A stretch of DNA of 63,484 nt, the filler included, from Octopus bimaculoides (taxonomy: Eukaryota), in the NCBI RefSeq assembly GCF_001194135.2. It is 9 parts of 9 records of this genome, joined end to end, with 100 filler letters (N's around TTAATTAATTAA, not from the genome) between each part and the next. Parts side by side here need not be neighbours in the genome. Positions count along the whole stretch, not along the records: positions 1 to 28,666 come from NC_068987.1; positions 28,767 to 38,185 come from NC_068986.1; 7 more parts are not named here. One strand, 5' to 3'. Below, piece by piece: positions 22,500 through 36,498 of this stretch; positions within the stretch are counted from its first letter, which is position 1; every line of letters starts with the position of its first letter. Position numbers and translations under genes: made by a program. Under the pieces are notes generated by a model that saw nothing but the letters and a program-made list of their open reading frames with translations, had not been told where the DNA came from and did not search any database.

Positions 22500-23879
22500 C
22501 TGTAAAACAAAGAGAAATGATATCTTTAATGCATGACACATAATACAAAATATACAGTGTGAGAATTGTCTGGAATGCATAGTTTAACTCAAGGCAGGAA
22601 TATGGCTGTGTGGTTAAGAAGTTCACTTCGCAACTAAGTGATTCTAGGTTCAGTCTAGTACAGAGTCAGATTGACCAAAATTTATGTGTAAAATTTAAGT
22701 AAAAAGAAACTGTGCAGATACTTATCACACGTGCGTGTGTGTGTGTGTGTGAAAGATATATATACACACAGGCGAGAAAATAAATAAACCAGTGCATCAA
22801 ATATAGTTTGTGGTATTTATTCCAATCCAAGTATATGGGCACTCACTTAGCATTCTTATTATGGATATTGCAGTAAATCAGTGAGAAACCCATTTGGGAA
22901 ATTTATAACCAATGACACCACTATTCACAAAATCTTTCATCTTTTACTTGTTTCAGTCATTAGACTGTGGCCATGCTGGGACACCGACTTCAAGAATTTT
23001 TAGTTGAATAAATCTATCTTAGTACTCATTTTATTTTTTTAAAGCCTAGAACTTATTTTATCAGTCTCTTATGCCTAACCGCTAAGTTATGGGGGACTGG
23101 GATGAGGTGAATCAGAAGGAAACAGCAAATGACATCAATAGCAGAGGGGCCCTACCAGAAGAGGAAGAAGGAGCAAGGAAGTGAGGGAAGTAGGACTAGC
23201 ATGGGCCTCTTTCACCCTGGGCAGCTATAGTGGATGATTGCATGTAGACATACAAGCTAGAAAAGGCATTAGCAATAGGTTCTAGCAGTAGGTCAGATGG
23301 GTAGGACACATCTCAGATTTAACCCAGCTGGACAATTGACACTGAGAGGTAGGTAGGACAGAATTTAAGCCATAGGGGGCCCAGGACACTTCAAATTTGG
23401 TGAGACCCCTCATGCACAAGAATTAAAATTTTGGAAAATTAGCAAATTTATATCTCAAAGCCCATCTATCACATGTAACAGAAAAAGTTTAAATAAACAA
23501 CTGAAAATGTTGCTTTATAGATACACTTTTCAGAGTTCAAATTTTTTTCTAACACATCCACTTGCAGTATTTGACTTTTTCTTCATTGTGAAAAGTACAA
23601 TGAAGGAGGGAAGAAGAGGTAAAACTTTTTTTCTTTAGCACGAATTACAAATGTTTCAGAATGTAGAATACAATCAAATGACAAAAAATTACAAAAAAGA
23701 AAAATATTATATCATTTTAGTGGTTACTGCTCCAAAGGTATGATGAGTGTGTTTGTGTGAGGGGAGAGACAAACATTGAAAAGACATAGATTTTTAAAAC
23801 TTTTGTTTTAAAATAGCTTCCTTTCGTTGTTTTGCAATGCATGAAAAAAAGAGAAAATCCTGGCAAAATTTTCAAAATT

Positions 23880-25330
23880 CCACAGCTATTCTAAAAGAAT
23901 TCCGTTTCTCCATCAGATGACAACATACAAGTTCTGGTCTTCTTGTAGGTCTTTGCAGTAGCAAGAACTAGTTCTTCTGGAATGCCATATGCTTGAAATG
24001 TCTTCAATATTTTGTAATGATGGGTGTTGTCAAACCTGTTGCTGAAGTCCAAGAAAGGTTATAATGGCAGGTAGTAGTCTTGATTTAACTCCTATGATAT
24101 GCCTCAGGGTTAAGATTTGGAATGTTGTGGCTCACCCTGGTCTAAATCCATTTTGATTTGGTCTTAGCACCTGTTGAATCTTGTTGAAGATCATTCGGTT
24201 GATGACTTTGAGCGAGATATCAGACAATGTAATTCTTCTCTAATCGATTTCATTGCTGAGGTTTCCTGACTTTGAGATTGGTATCAAGTTAATCTCAAAC
24301 CACTGATCTGGACTTCCATGGTTCTGCAAGAACTTATTCGCAAAATCCAATATTATTTCATCCAGATTACACCTCTTGATAACTTCAGGGGGAATTTCAT
24401 CAGGGCCAACAGCTTTTCCCTCTTTCAGTCAATTTTTGGCACTCTGAATTCTTTCAAATACTAGCTGGGATGCTACAAGGAGATATACTTGCACTATATC
24501 TGTTAGCAATTGTATTGGATTATGCAATGTATAATCCAATAGACAACAGTGACGAAGACCTTGGTTTCATCATACACCAACAATGATCATGGAGAGTGCC
24601 AGCAGTAACCATCAGCCTGGACTTCACAGATGATACAGCATTCTTATCTAACAGATCACTTATATCTGATAGATCAAGTTCAACAGCTGTTCAGCAGAGT
24701 AGAAGAATCAGCTATGAAGGTAGGACTGCACACAAATGTCAAGAAAACGGAATACATGTCTTTCAACCAATCAAGTGATACTGAGCTGGTTGTTCTGAGC
24801 AGTTCCAAATTGAATGTTGCAGAAGACTTCAAGTACCTAGGTGGTTGGGTGTGCAGTCTGGAAGCAGACATGAAGATTAGGAAGATACAAGTGTGAACAG
24901 TCTGTCACGAACTAAAGAAAGTCTGGAACACCAAACTGCCCAAATCAACATAAAGCTGTTCATTGCAGCTGTTGAATCAGTGCTATTATATGGCAATGAA
25001 ATATGGACACTGACAAAGAAATCATCAAATGGGCTAAATGGATGCTACACAAGGATGCTACAAACGGTTCTAAATGTGAAATGGCAGCAACATATGACAA
25101 ATGAATTGCCTTTATGGAAACCTGCTGAAGGTTAGCAAGATCACCACAAAGACGACTATAACTATCTGATCATGGCATGCACCATCCTAAGATGGGAGCA
25201 TCCAAATTAGTCTTGTGGAACCCTCTTCATGGTGATATAAGCAGAGGAAAACAATGTCACACATTGACAACTTGATTGCAGACACTGGCCTTGAATATAT
25301 CCAGGACCTTCAAGCAGTGATGATAAACTG
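23880..25330. mobile_element. APE-type LINE (RTE/RTEX-like, clade uncertain) RT region with inverted 5' part
   Basis: Minus strand 24457 to 23880: KEGKAVGPDEIPPEV...QNGFRPG...QAYGIP...DGETEFF. Plus strand from 24446: EFFQILAGMLQGD...LDFTDD...KTEYM...FKYLG...ESVLLYGNEIWTL...GCYTRML. Confidence 0.85.
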
Positions 25331-25419
25331 AGAAGTGTGACAGGTAGACTTTGTTGCTATAATAATAAATAACCCAGCTGTAATAATAAATAATATTCCG
25401 TAAGTCTGTTTTTCCTGAT

Positions 25420-26335
25420 TCCAGGAAGGTGTGGTGGGGCACAATGAGTAACACTTACTGCATTTTTGAATTTGAGAAAAAAGTGTTTATATAAATGTTC
25501 AGTATCTAAGAAAAATTACATCAGCTAAGCAAATGACCGTTTCTAAATGCATTAAAAACATGATAACATATTCAGAACACTATTTCAGAAAATTACCTCC
25601 ATTCTCTTTGAGTATATAAAATACAAATTTAGATGGGTCAAAATGAGTAAGAAAAGATAAGCTAAATTTGCCCCTTCAATTCTCCAGAATTACATTTGAA
25701 AAAGACTCATACACATCAATATCTAGGTCAAATGAAAGGGAATCATGGGAAAATGGCATAATATGAAATTAACGAAACTTGACTAAATAAAAAAACTCAG
25801 CATAAAATATTCTCTATAGCTTCTTCATGATCTGCTGGAGTGGCCCTCTGCAGAATTATGGTTTAAGCACCCCATATATCCCACTCATAACTTTTCAGAA
25901 CACTCAAGGATTCATACAACTATGACAAATCATTTTTGAATTTTTCAAATTTTTTTTTTTTTATTACAGACGGTCCCAAATTTTGACTTCAATCTCACTA
26001 AATGTGTTTATGGGAAGAAATATATTAAAAAACATCAATACATCAGAGTGACAAAGAAACAAGGAGGGTATCAGGTGGTCATGAGATGTGCTAAATAGTC
26101 CTTAAATCAGACCACGAAAAACATTTTTTTTTGTTTTTTCAGTCATATGAATTCTCATGTCTAGAATACAAATTCGCAAAAATTTCCTAAAAATTCGAAA
26201 AACTAGAAAAAGTTATGAGGTGTTATATGGAGTACTTAAAGTAGAATTCCACCTGGTTCTCTTCTTGATACACAACAAGAAATTGGTAATAACTCATTTT
26301 GCCCCAGTTACCAATTCAGCCTCACTTCCTGGTAG
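25420..26335. mobile_element. Possible non-autonomous DNA transposon
   Basis: Imperfect inverted ends CCAGGAAG...GGGGCACAATGAGT and ACTCATTTTGCCCC...CTTCCTGG; AT-rich non-coding interior. Confidence 0.35.
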
Positions 26336-27224
26336 TTATTTTAAGTATTTGACAAAATAACAAAAAATAGTGAAAAAAGAAAGAAAGAAAAAGCTTCAGT
26401 TTAATGAAAACATGTGAACACAAAAGCAATAACTCTAAAGCTGAAAAAAAAATGCTTTGAGCTGTTGAGAGAAATAATTCTATAATTAAAACTAAATTCA
26501 AAATTTAAATTTTGGAACATATTACTTACTTGCTCTTTCATAAAATAAGACCAGTTTTCAATGCCTCAGTGAAATAATGAAGTTTACAATGGCAATGTAT
26601 GTGTGTATATATCTTTGTGTGTATATGTGTGTGTGTTTTTAATAGCCAGTGGTCAATCTAAGGTCACTGTGTTCAGTTATGCATTGAAAAAAGGAATCTG
26701 AATTAGAGACAATATAAAACTTCTTTCAATCAATCTCATTATCTATTTTTATATACATCCATACTCTCTCTCATGCGTGTGCATGCATACACACACATTT
26801 TTTAGAGTGTTTTATTGTTTTCTGTCAATGTCCCAAAAGGAACTAAGTAATTCTCATGGGAATTGTGGCTGCTTGAGAATGAATTGAAGTCACTGATGTA
26901 GTTAAAACTGGTTATTTATCAAAAAAGAGGATCCATTATATTTTTACGATATGCTTGTTTATTGAAAGAGAGACTCTGCATGCAAGATTGTAGAGAGGTG
27001 GGGTTTCCCTATATTGAGTACTATGTACCCTTCATAGTAGAAAGGCTCTATATCTGTGGATGCCTGGGGCAATTGCCCTCTTCAGCCCCCTATAAATCCG
27101 GCTCTGGAAGTAGGTAAACCTTATTTTGTTCCTTACATTACAGTTCCCTTATACTACAAGCTATTTCAGCATTCGTATATACATATAAATATATATATTT
27201 TTTTCTTTGTTGTTGTTGTCCCCT

Positions 27225-28600
27225 TCCATGAGATGGCAGTGAAAATAAGGATCAGCAGCAATGCCATCAGACCTTTCTGTAGTGAGGGATATGTGATCGC
27301 CTGGATTTGTAAGATCAAGGTCATAGCCAGACTGCAAAGCATTGAAGAGGTAGCAGGTCTCATGACTCAGTATCTGGAGGGAAACACTTCAGCGCTGCAC
27401 CTTGAACTGGATAAAATGGACCAACTGGATACAGAGAAGACTGAGCAGCATGTAAAGGAAGCCTTTACGGAAGGATCATATGCTGCATTTGCCAAGCCAG
27501 GAAAGGTCAGAGGTCAGGTGAACAGGGGAACAGGTGAACGTGTATGCTGTGGAGGTTCAGAGACTGGCCATGCTTTCTGGTTTTACCAGAGAGGGACTAG
27601 AAGAGGTGGCACAGCTGGCTTTTGTAAATAGTTTCCCTGGTGACATATCGATGCAGCTGCAACAACTGCCAGGCAGCAAGAAATTGGTGATGAGTGAACT
27701 TGTCACTCAACCCTGCTTGTTGACACAAAACACTGGGCAGAATGCAGTGGCAATGACAGTCATAGAAGTCCATGATGTCATGTGACGATTGATGAAAAAT
27801 GAGGAGAGTAAATCTGCCGCAGAGTGACAGCAACCATTTATGGGCTGGTGTTTGAAGTGCCAGGGACAACACATGGCAAGGAACTGTGCAGAGACAAAGG
27901 CCAAATCCATTTGCTACTAGTGCTGGCAGACAGAGAAAAGGCAACGGGGAAGTTGCTGCCTCTCAAACTTCCCCTGCAAGCAAATAGTGGCTCTCATGCA
28001 GTCACTGCTCATAGTCGAAGTTCTGATTGTAGAAAAAGCATTCATATCCCCATGGATATGAGCTGTACATCTCTCATGACCCCCAAGGGTGACAAAAAAG
28101 TGGAAGGGGACAAGTAGTGTTAGGGCTGCTGACAGCAGTGAAATTAGATGTAAGAAAAGCAGCGAAGTGGAGAGGGCAGTGTGGGACACAACACTGAGGC
28201 TGCAGGCAATTGTGATCAACCATGTGGTAGGGTTGGGTTTTGATGTGGTGATGAGCATGGACGTGATCAACCACCGTGGTGGCGTTGGTGTCAGTAGAGA
28301 CATGGTTTCATTTGGCGGTGCTAGGGCAACATGCACTGTGAGTCTGCAATGAGAGAGGGGGCAGAGCCCAGTGGGCAAGACTGCTGCTTACACCATTGAG
28401 GATAAAGATTTTCAGGCAGTGTTCAACGGTCAGCAGTGGACAGTTGAGTAGCACTGGAAAGGAGAAACCCGGACACTGAGGAACAGTCTAAACTGTTATC
28501 AGTATACCTTGAAAGGAGGCACCAGGAGTGAGATGGATTAACGAGGGTATTCTAAACCATGGAAGGAGGAAGTAGAGAATGGAGTGTTGCCACTAATGGC
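27225..28600 (+). mobile_element. Decayed Ty3/gypsy gag-protease-start of RT
   Basis: RPFCSEG.V.AW..KIKVIARLQ...YLEG..SAL.LE (gag), C-x2-C-x3-H-x4-C knuckle (CLKCQGQHMARNC), DVVMSMDVI..RGGV (aspartic protease C-terminal part), PWKGEVENGVLPLMA (RT start); truncated at a microsatellite and gap. Confidence 0.8.
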
Positions 28601-28710
28601 ACACATACATAAACACACACGTTTATATATATATAATAATATTAATAATATATATATATATATATANNNNNNNNNNNNNNNNNNNNNNNNNNNNNNNNNN
28701 NNNNNNNNNN

Positions 28711-28722
28711 TTAATTAATTAA
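28711..28722. other. Artificial assembly linker TTAATTAATTAA inside an N gap (8 occurrences)
   Basis: Identical 12-mer centred in ~100-bp padded gaps at 28711, 38230, 40590, 43444, 45468, 50649, 54312 and 62317; it gives stops in all six frames. Confidence 0.9.
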
Positions 28723-30735
28723 NNNNNNNNNNNNNNNNNNNNNNNNNNNNNNNNNNNNNNNNNNNNATATACATACATACATACATACATACATACATAC
28801 ACAAACATGTATATTGTTATATTTTAGGATGGTTACATTTTTCTCTTCCCAGATAAACAATATATTCATTCTTCACTTGTTTATTATTGTTCTTATTTTA
28901 TGTCCATTGTTTGGAAATTTGTCATCACACACCTGTTCCTTCTTCAAAACGCAAAATGCTATGTGCATTTTCCAGTGACAAACTGTGGCTGACCCATATG
29001 GAACGATGCTACTATAGTTCATAGCCCCAGGAACACATCTATTCCAGCTGGCTAACGATACACTGTCTGTGTCCAATCAGTATTTGCGAAGGGAAATCAC
29101 TGTTCACATCTCTATCACTTTTATCTTTTATTTGTGTTAGTCATTAGACTGTGGCCATGCTGGGGCACTGTCTTGAGGAATTTTTAGTCAAATGAAACAA
29201 ACCCAGTATTCATTTTTAAGTTAGGTGCTTATTCTATTGATCTCATTTGCCAAACTGCTATTTCTAGAATATAAATAAACCAACTTCAGCTGTCAATTGG
29301 TGGAGCTGGGGAACAAACACAAAAAGACACAAAAAGGGATTTTCACAGACTTATTCATAATTTCATTATACACAATTTTGATTGATAAACAAAGTGCACA
29401 ATACTTTTTTTTATATATTTTCCCTAGATTTTAAACTTTAAAAGTTTTGTTTAAAAGAAAAATTACATCCCATTTGAAGTGTGCCATTAATTATTTTCAC
29501 TTTCAAAACAAAGCAGGTTAGTTATTTTGTCTTTAATCTCTAGAGTGTCACAAAGTCAAGCAAAAATAAGACTGAGAGCCACTGAGTTAAGGGGATATGA
29601 AATCATAATGGTCTACTTCCTGGTATACTGTTCTAATTTTACATAATAAACACAAATAAAAGTGGTTGAGAGCCCAGCACCAAATACGTTTCGTTGTTGT
29701 CAACAAAATTCTGGTTGTTATTGTTGTTGCTGTTATGATGTTTAGAGTAATTGTTCTTGTGTTGCATTGATGTAATCTCCTTGAGTAGACTTACATCACT
29801 TCATCTTAAACATGAGTAAGAATTAATCAGCAAACACAAACAAGAGAAGTGTTGTTGTTTAATCGCAGATCATCCCTGCTCAAGCAGACCTATGGCTGAA
29901 TGTGATCTAGCCATGACCATCCTATCTATTTACATATTCAAGACCACACGATCCAGTGTGTCTTCTTTTCCTTTCCAAGACAGTCGTATGTGATTTGAGG
30001 GATATTTGACTGCTCTGTCCAAAGCATTGAGCAACTACACAGAGACTCTATTGATGGATTAATAAAACAAGCATGCAACAATGTCCTGGAAAAGACATTT
30101 TTTTTAATTTTAAGGCAAGCTGGAAGAATTGTTAAAACATCTAAAAACATGCTATGCAATATTTCTTCCAGCTTCTTCCATTCTGGTTTCAAATCCTGTC
30201 ATGGGTAACCTTACTTTAATCTTTTTGAGGTCAATAAAATAAAGTACCTTTCTAAGTACTGGGGTCAATGGTATTAACTAACCCTTTCTATCTAATTATA
30301 TATTTTGTGCTCTGTAAGAAATAATTAATAATGTTTAATAATTAACGAAGGTCTCCTATGACGAAGGGCTTCTGTTGTGTACTCTTCATTGGTTCATTAA
30401 TGTTCTAGCCATGGCCTTCCCACCTCTATCACAGACATCATATCGCAACATCTAAAATAGTTCATTGTCTGGATCATCTTTTACTAGTTTCAGTCATTGG
30501 AGGGTGGTCATGCTGGGGTACCACATTGACAGGTTTAGTCAGACAAATCAACCCCAGTACCTATTTTCTAAGTTTGGTACTTGTCCTTTCAGTTGCCAAA
30601 GCTCAAAAAATGTTAAGTTATAAGGATGCAAACCACCCAACACCAATTGTCAAGCAGTAATGGGGACAAATACGGCACCCACATGCATGCATACATAAAT
30701 ATTTACACACACACACACACAAACACGCACATATA

Positions 30736-32000
30736 CAGGGGTTGGACAAAATAATGGAAACACCTTAAAATTTCAAATAAATTTATTTTAATATGGGGTA
30801 GGAACACCTTTGGCAGTAATTATAGCTTGAATTCTCCGAGGTATGGACCCATACAAAGTTTGAATCGTTTCCAAAGGAATTTTTGTCCATGCTTCAGCTA
30901 AAACAGTCTCTAGTTCTTGTAGTGATGATGGTGGAGGATATCGACTCCTAACTTGTTTTTCTAAAATGCACCATATATGTTCAATAATATTGAGGTGTGG
31001 GGACTGTGGTGGCCAGATAAGATGTTCGACTTCAGTAGAATGTTCCTCATGCCACTCAGTAACAACTTTAGATGTGAAAGATTGCGTTTCTCTCTGGAAA
31101 CAGTTCCACAACCATAGGATGAATGTGATCAGATAAAATGCTTAGATAGTCTTGACTATTAATTCTGCTATGAAGGGAAAACATTGGTCCAGCAGATTTC
31201 CAAGATATAACCCCCCACCCAGATCATCACAGATCCTTCTCCTTGTTTAACAGTTGGAAGAAGGTAGTCTAGGTCAAATGCTTCCTTTGACTGTCTCCAC
31301 ACATATACTCGGCTGGTGGTTGGAAATATGGTAAAAGATGACTTGTCTGAGAAAATAAGATTCTACCACTGCTCTAGGGATCAATTCTGTAGGTTTTTAC
31401 TCCACTCTAAACACCTTGCAACATTTGGTTTTGAAAGTAGTGGCTTCCTGATTGCAGCCCTCCAGTGAAATCCAGTTTTGTGCAGCTCCCAGCAAACAGT
31501 TTTTGTGGAAACTAGGTTCTTGAGGAGGTCATTAAGCTCTGCAGTGATCTTGGGAGCTGTACTTTTGTGATCCTTTCTAACAATCTGTGTAAGAGTCCAA
31601 CAGTCCCTATCTGAAAGCTTTGGTTTTCTTCCAGAGTTTTGTTTCAATGAGGGTTTTTTTCCTTCTTTCTCAAAGGCTGTCATTACTTTCAAGACAGTAC
31701 TTCTTGATACACCATAAATTTCGACTGTTTTCATTACTCTAGCACCTGCCATACGAGCACCAACAATTTGATTTCTTTGAAAGTTCGATAGATCTGTCAT
31801 TTTAATGAATTTTAGTTGCCTTTTTCTGAATATATCTGAAATGAAACAGCAATTTTAGCAAAATATATTAAGCAACACTAATTATAAATGAAAAAAACCT
31901 AAAAGGAAACAAGCTTTTGACATACCTCCATCATCAGCTGCCCCATGGATATCATTATGGTTTTGACATCTCAGCAGTACCATTCAATCTGGCGGTGTCA
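30736..32000 (-). mobile_element. Decayed Tc1 transposon
   Basis: TA + CAGGGGTTGGACAAAATAATGGAAACACC terminus at 30736. ORFs 31381-31800 (paired-like HTH, GRKPKLS) and 30788-31111 (WPPQSPHLNIIEHIW), with FSDKS between them. The other TIR was not found. Confidence 0.88.
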
Positions 32001-32292
32001 ACAGCACTAAAATAAGTGTTGTTTGGGAACAAACAAACCAAAGAAACCACAACTTTCAAACACATTTACCCAATGTACAACCATATCGGTAAATAAATAT
32101 AATAAGTAAATTTCAACCAGCTCCAAAATACGTAACTAAACAGCGACCAATCCATTAAGTCATACAAAAATTATATTCCCTACTGTCTTCCACAGTATAA
32201 TATAAAAGTGAAAGCTTAATAACCACATTCCTTCGATCAATCAAATTATTGGCAGGATTAAGCACTAACTTAAATAAAATTACAATAAAGAA

Positions 32293-32332
<40 letters not shown>

Positions 32333-32491
32333 TGATAGGAAGGACAACAAAAGAAAGAAAGAGACCTCGATATTATTTTTCACAGGAATTCTCAATGGCT
32401 GGATAACTTAAGAGATGTTGGCATGGGCCCCCACCTCGGCATCCGAAACTTGGAGTTTTGGCATGGCTACTGAATAAGTGTCACATATTTT

Positions 32492-32535
<44 letters not shown>

Positions 32536-32603
32536 NNNNNNNNNNNNNNNNNNNNNNNNNNNNNNNNNNNNNNNNNNNNNNNNNNNNNNNNNNNNNNNNN
32601 NNN

Positions 32604-32693
<90 letters not shown>

Positions 32694-33159
32694 GTACACA
32701 TTTACATACACGAAAGGCTTCCTCACAGTCAAAAGGCATTGGTCAGCCTAAGGAAATAGTAGAAAACGTTTGTGCATGGTGCCACACAGTGTGATTGAAC
32801 CTGAAACCATGTGGTTCCAAAGTGACTTTCGGCAATGACACAATAGAAAATTGGCTGATGTCTACATGCATGACATAAATATGCATATATATATATATAT
32901 ATATCTATATATGGTATGAGTGCTTAGAGCGTGTGTGTGCATGTGTATTTATATATGTGTGCATAAATACGTAAATAAATATACAATAGATATATGTACA
33001 CACACACACACATACACGAATACACACATATATATGAATATACATCTCTACTTGACGCATGTATATATCAGCCAATTTGCTAGTGTGCCAAGTTACTGTC
33101 TATGCTATTGTTATCATATGTATGTATGTATGTTTGTGTGTGTGCGTGTGTGTGTGTGC

Positions 33160-33209
<50 letters not shown>

Positions 33210-33324
33210 ATGTGTCATCGTTCAGTTTTATTTCAAGATTTCTTGCCAATAGAGTAAGAGCCGGTTTCTAACCTAGATCCAAGGCTTTTTCATTGGAATT
33301 TCAACATCAACAACAGGGTATTTT

Positions 33325-33500
33325 TGTTTGTTTGTATGTATGTATGTATGTATGTATGTATGTATGTATGTATGCATGTATGTATGTATGTATGCATGTA
33401 TGTATGTATGCATGTATGTATGGATGTGCGTGCATGTATGTATGTATGTATGTATGTATGTATGTATGCATGTATGTGTGTATGAATGAATGTATGTATG
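33325..33500. repeat. (TATG)n microsatellite tail of an interspersed repeat
   Basis: The preceding ~110 bp (ttcagttttatttcaagatttcttgccaat...aacagggtatttttgtttg) recurs near 42735-42860 with the same tail. Confidence 0.75.
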
Positions 33501-33540
33501 TAAATACATATACATTTATACACACACGCACACACACACA

Positions 33541-33774
33541 CAAAGTGTTCAAAAAGTCTCTCCGCAGTGAATTTTTTCATCCTTCGCATTACCGTGCCGC
33601 TACTTCAAGAGTTTTTTGGTGAACGGATTATTTCAAAGGTATTTTGGTCACCAAGATCACCTAATTTAACACCACCAGACATTTTTTTTTCTGGGGAGCA
33701 AATAAAGGACCAGTTTACAAGAATTGCCTGAAAACCATTAAATACTTACTGTGAGAGACTTTTTGAACACCCTG
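33541..33774. mobile_element. Internally deleted Tc1/mariner-type MITE
   Basis: TIRs CAAAGTGTTCAAAAAGTCTCTC and GAGAGACTTTTTGAACACCCTG+TA; interior retains a W.PRSP.LTPPD.FF.G-like transposase remnant. A terminal fragment recurs near 49045. Confidence 0.7.
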
Positions 33775-34588
33775 TATATACATATATACACACATATTTA
33801 GATAGATAGATAAATAGATAGATAGACAGACCGACCGACAGACAGACAGACAGACAGACAGGCAGACAGATAGATAGCTAGACATACACACATACATATA
33901 TATTGACATTTAAAGTACGTAGATAGGGTTATAATCCAAGTTGTGTCAGATGAATATTACTTTGCCTTTCATCCTCTCAGGGTCGATAAAATAAGTTCCA
34001 ACTGAGCAGTGGAGTCAATTTAATCGACTTATCACAACCCCACACACTGCTGGCCTTGTGCCAAAATTTGAAACCAAAATAACAAAGTCCTTGAAGGTGA
34101 CAAGCTGGCAGAATCATTAGCATGCCAGGCAAAATGATTAGTGGTATTCCATACATTTTTATGTTCTGAGTTCAAATTTTGCCAAGGTCAGCTTTGCCTT
34201 TCATCCACCAAGGTTGATTTAACCAACCTACCCCCTGCTCCAAACTTACTGGCTTTGTGCCAAAGTGTAAAACCAATATAGCTAAGTTCTTAAACCACCA
34301 TCTCAATATGGCTGTAGACCAGTGACTAAAAAATCATTAAAACGAGTGAGGAAATACAATCAGATCTTAATTGGTTTCTATAAGATTAACAAACAACTCG
34401 TTTTCCTCCACCACCAACACACTTCGTTTTATGTATTTATATATTTGCTACTAATATGTTCTAATGCATCTTTATTTTTATATCTGAAGAAACTGCCTAT
34501 AGCTGGGCCACATTCCCAGTGAACAAAAAGTAGTAGCTACCACACAAAGTTGTGCGCTTTAAAAAGTAAAGAACATATATCAATAATT

Positions 34589-34824
34589 GAGTAATCCCTT
34601 GGCTATTGCAGGTGTTATGTCCCAAAACCTCCCACAGAAATATTTAAAGCCTGAAAAAATGTAAATACTTATTGGCTGCAGAAACCTGCGATATACTGAG
34701 GAGTTCATGATATAAATTTACATTTATTAGCCAGAAAAATCTGCTATGTTCTGAGTGTGTGATAGGTGAATTGTGTTGTACTGAGTGCGCAATAGGTGAA
34801 CCATGATATGGCGAGGGATTGCTG
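34589..34824. mobile_element. Tigger/pogo-like MITE
   Basis: Inverted ends GAGTAATCCCTTGGCTAT and ATGGCGAGGGATTGCTG+TA. Confidence 0.55.
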
Positions 34825-35912
34825 TATATGTTTATTCTTTTCTACTCAGTCACAAGGCCTGAAATTTTTGGGGAGGGGGCCAGTCGATTAGATCGACCCC
34901 AGTATGCAACTGGTACTTAATTTATTGATCCTGAAAAGATGAAAGGCATATATATATGAGGTCTTGAGGGTAGAAAGATAGGTTATTTCCAATGCAGCAC
35001 TCAACCAGACTATTAGGCTATCTACACTGTCAGATTCCAGACTAATATCAAAATTCTTTAGGTGTAGAAAATCCTGGTTTCAAGACAGTAAAACCATTGT
35101 GTGGGTTTGGGTTTAGCAAAGAGTAATATATGATCCAAGTAAGAAGACAAAGAAGACAACTGTTTCTGTACCAATTCTGCTTTGAACACCAGTTCATGTA
35201 AAAGTCCAAAATAAAAATTTATGTGATATTTGCTGTTTTAAACATTAGATTAGCACTTCTTCACCTGTATCGCAGCTGCGCTCATGCTTGCATGAGTCAG
35301 ACGGAGTTTACTGAGGCAGATTTTCTATGACCCAGTGCTCTTCCTGCCACCAACCCTCACCTGCTTCCAAGCAAGGTAATATTTCCCCATGGGCCAAACA
35401 TGTTCTCAGAAAATATGTTCATGACAAGCTGCCACACAGTTTCCATTTACCAGATATACTCACAAGGCATTGGTCAAATAAAAGACAATTGCTCAAGGGG
35501 TCATGCAAGGAGACTGAACTCAAAATCACATAGCTGTATAGCAAACTTGCTAACCACACAGCCAAGCAGCGGTGGTGGCAGCGGCGGTGGTGGCAGTGGC
35601 AACAGTGGCGGTGGTGTTGATGCTGTTACTATTTACTACCACTACTACTGTAGCAAGAACAACCATAACAGCAAGAACAACCATAACAACAATGTCAACA
35701 ATAATAAGATTAAAAACAATGAGAATCACTGCAACAGCAACAGCAACATCAATATTAACAACTTGATGATTGAATTAGTATTAATTTCCTGTCTTGGAAA
35801 TTTGCTTCACTGTCAACTGTCCAGAAGTAATTTCTTTGGCATGAAACACCTTGATTGAATAAGCTACAGTATATTACTGGTATGCATTGTATTACTGCAC
35901 AGAACATGATAG

Positions 35913-35943
<31 letters not shown>

Positions 35944-35952
35944 TAAATAAAT

Positions 35953-35985
<33 letters not shown>

Positions 35986-36352
35986 TAGACACAGAGAGAG
36001 AGATAAAATATATATATATATNNNNNNNNNNTGTAATTTAGAATCAGTAGTTCTTTGACTGCTATTTCTAAATTTTCAGTATGTTGGAGAAGCAACTCAA
36101 TGCAAATCCCTGTATATTTATGATGATAAATGGTTTTACCGATAAAGGTTTTTTCATACTGACCTACTTGGCAAAATTGTTAATTATTAATTCTATTATT
36201 AATTGACGATTCCCTGCCCTTATTCTTGTATATTTTATATATATTTATATATATATATAGGGAGAATTCACAAAAAATAAAGAGAAGACAAAGACAGGTG
36301 GTGTAGACAACAAACATATGTATTAGTATAACGCTCGTGAATTAAAAAAGTC

Positions 36353-36387
36353 GTTAACGTTTCGAGCCTACGCTCCTCTACAGAAAG
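36353..36387 (-). ncRNA. Degenerate hammerhead-like motif (Penelope-type terminus)
   Basis: Minus strand: CTTT-CTGTAGA-G-GAGC-GTAG-GCTC-GAAAC-GTTA. Stem II GAGC/GCTC and palindromic AACGTT are present, but core A6 is replaced and stem I is broken. Confidence 0.35.
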
Positions 36388-36450
36388 GATCACAGAAAGA
36401 AATAAGGAGAGAAAATAAAGAATGTGTAGTGGCTAGCAATCTATCATTGC

Positions 36451-36496
<46 letters not shown>

Positions 36497-36498
<2 letters not shown>

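Noticed and set aside
32408-33622. Many 60-110 aa ORFs made of YI, TH, CV or MYVC repeats (also near 38-45 kb, 50.8 kb and 58-59 kb)
   Set aside because: These are translations of (TA)n, (CA)n, (TATG)n and (CTAT)n microsatellites and N runs.
34600-34660. Apparent minus-strand acceptor plus FKYFCGRFWD.. mini-ORF as a candidate exon
   Set aside because: It falls inside a Tigger-like MITE defined by its TIRs.
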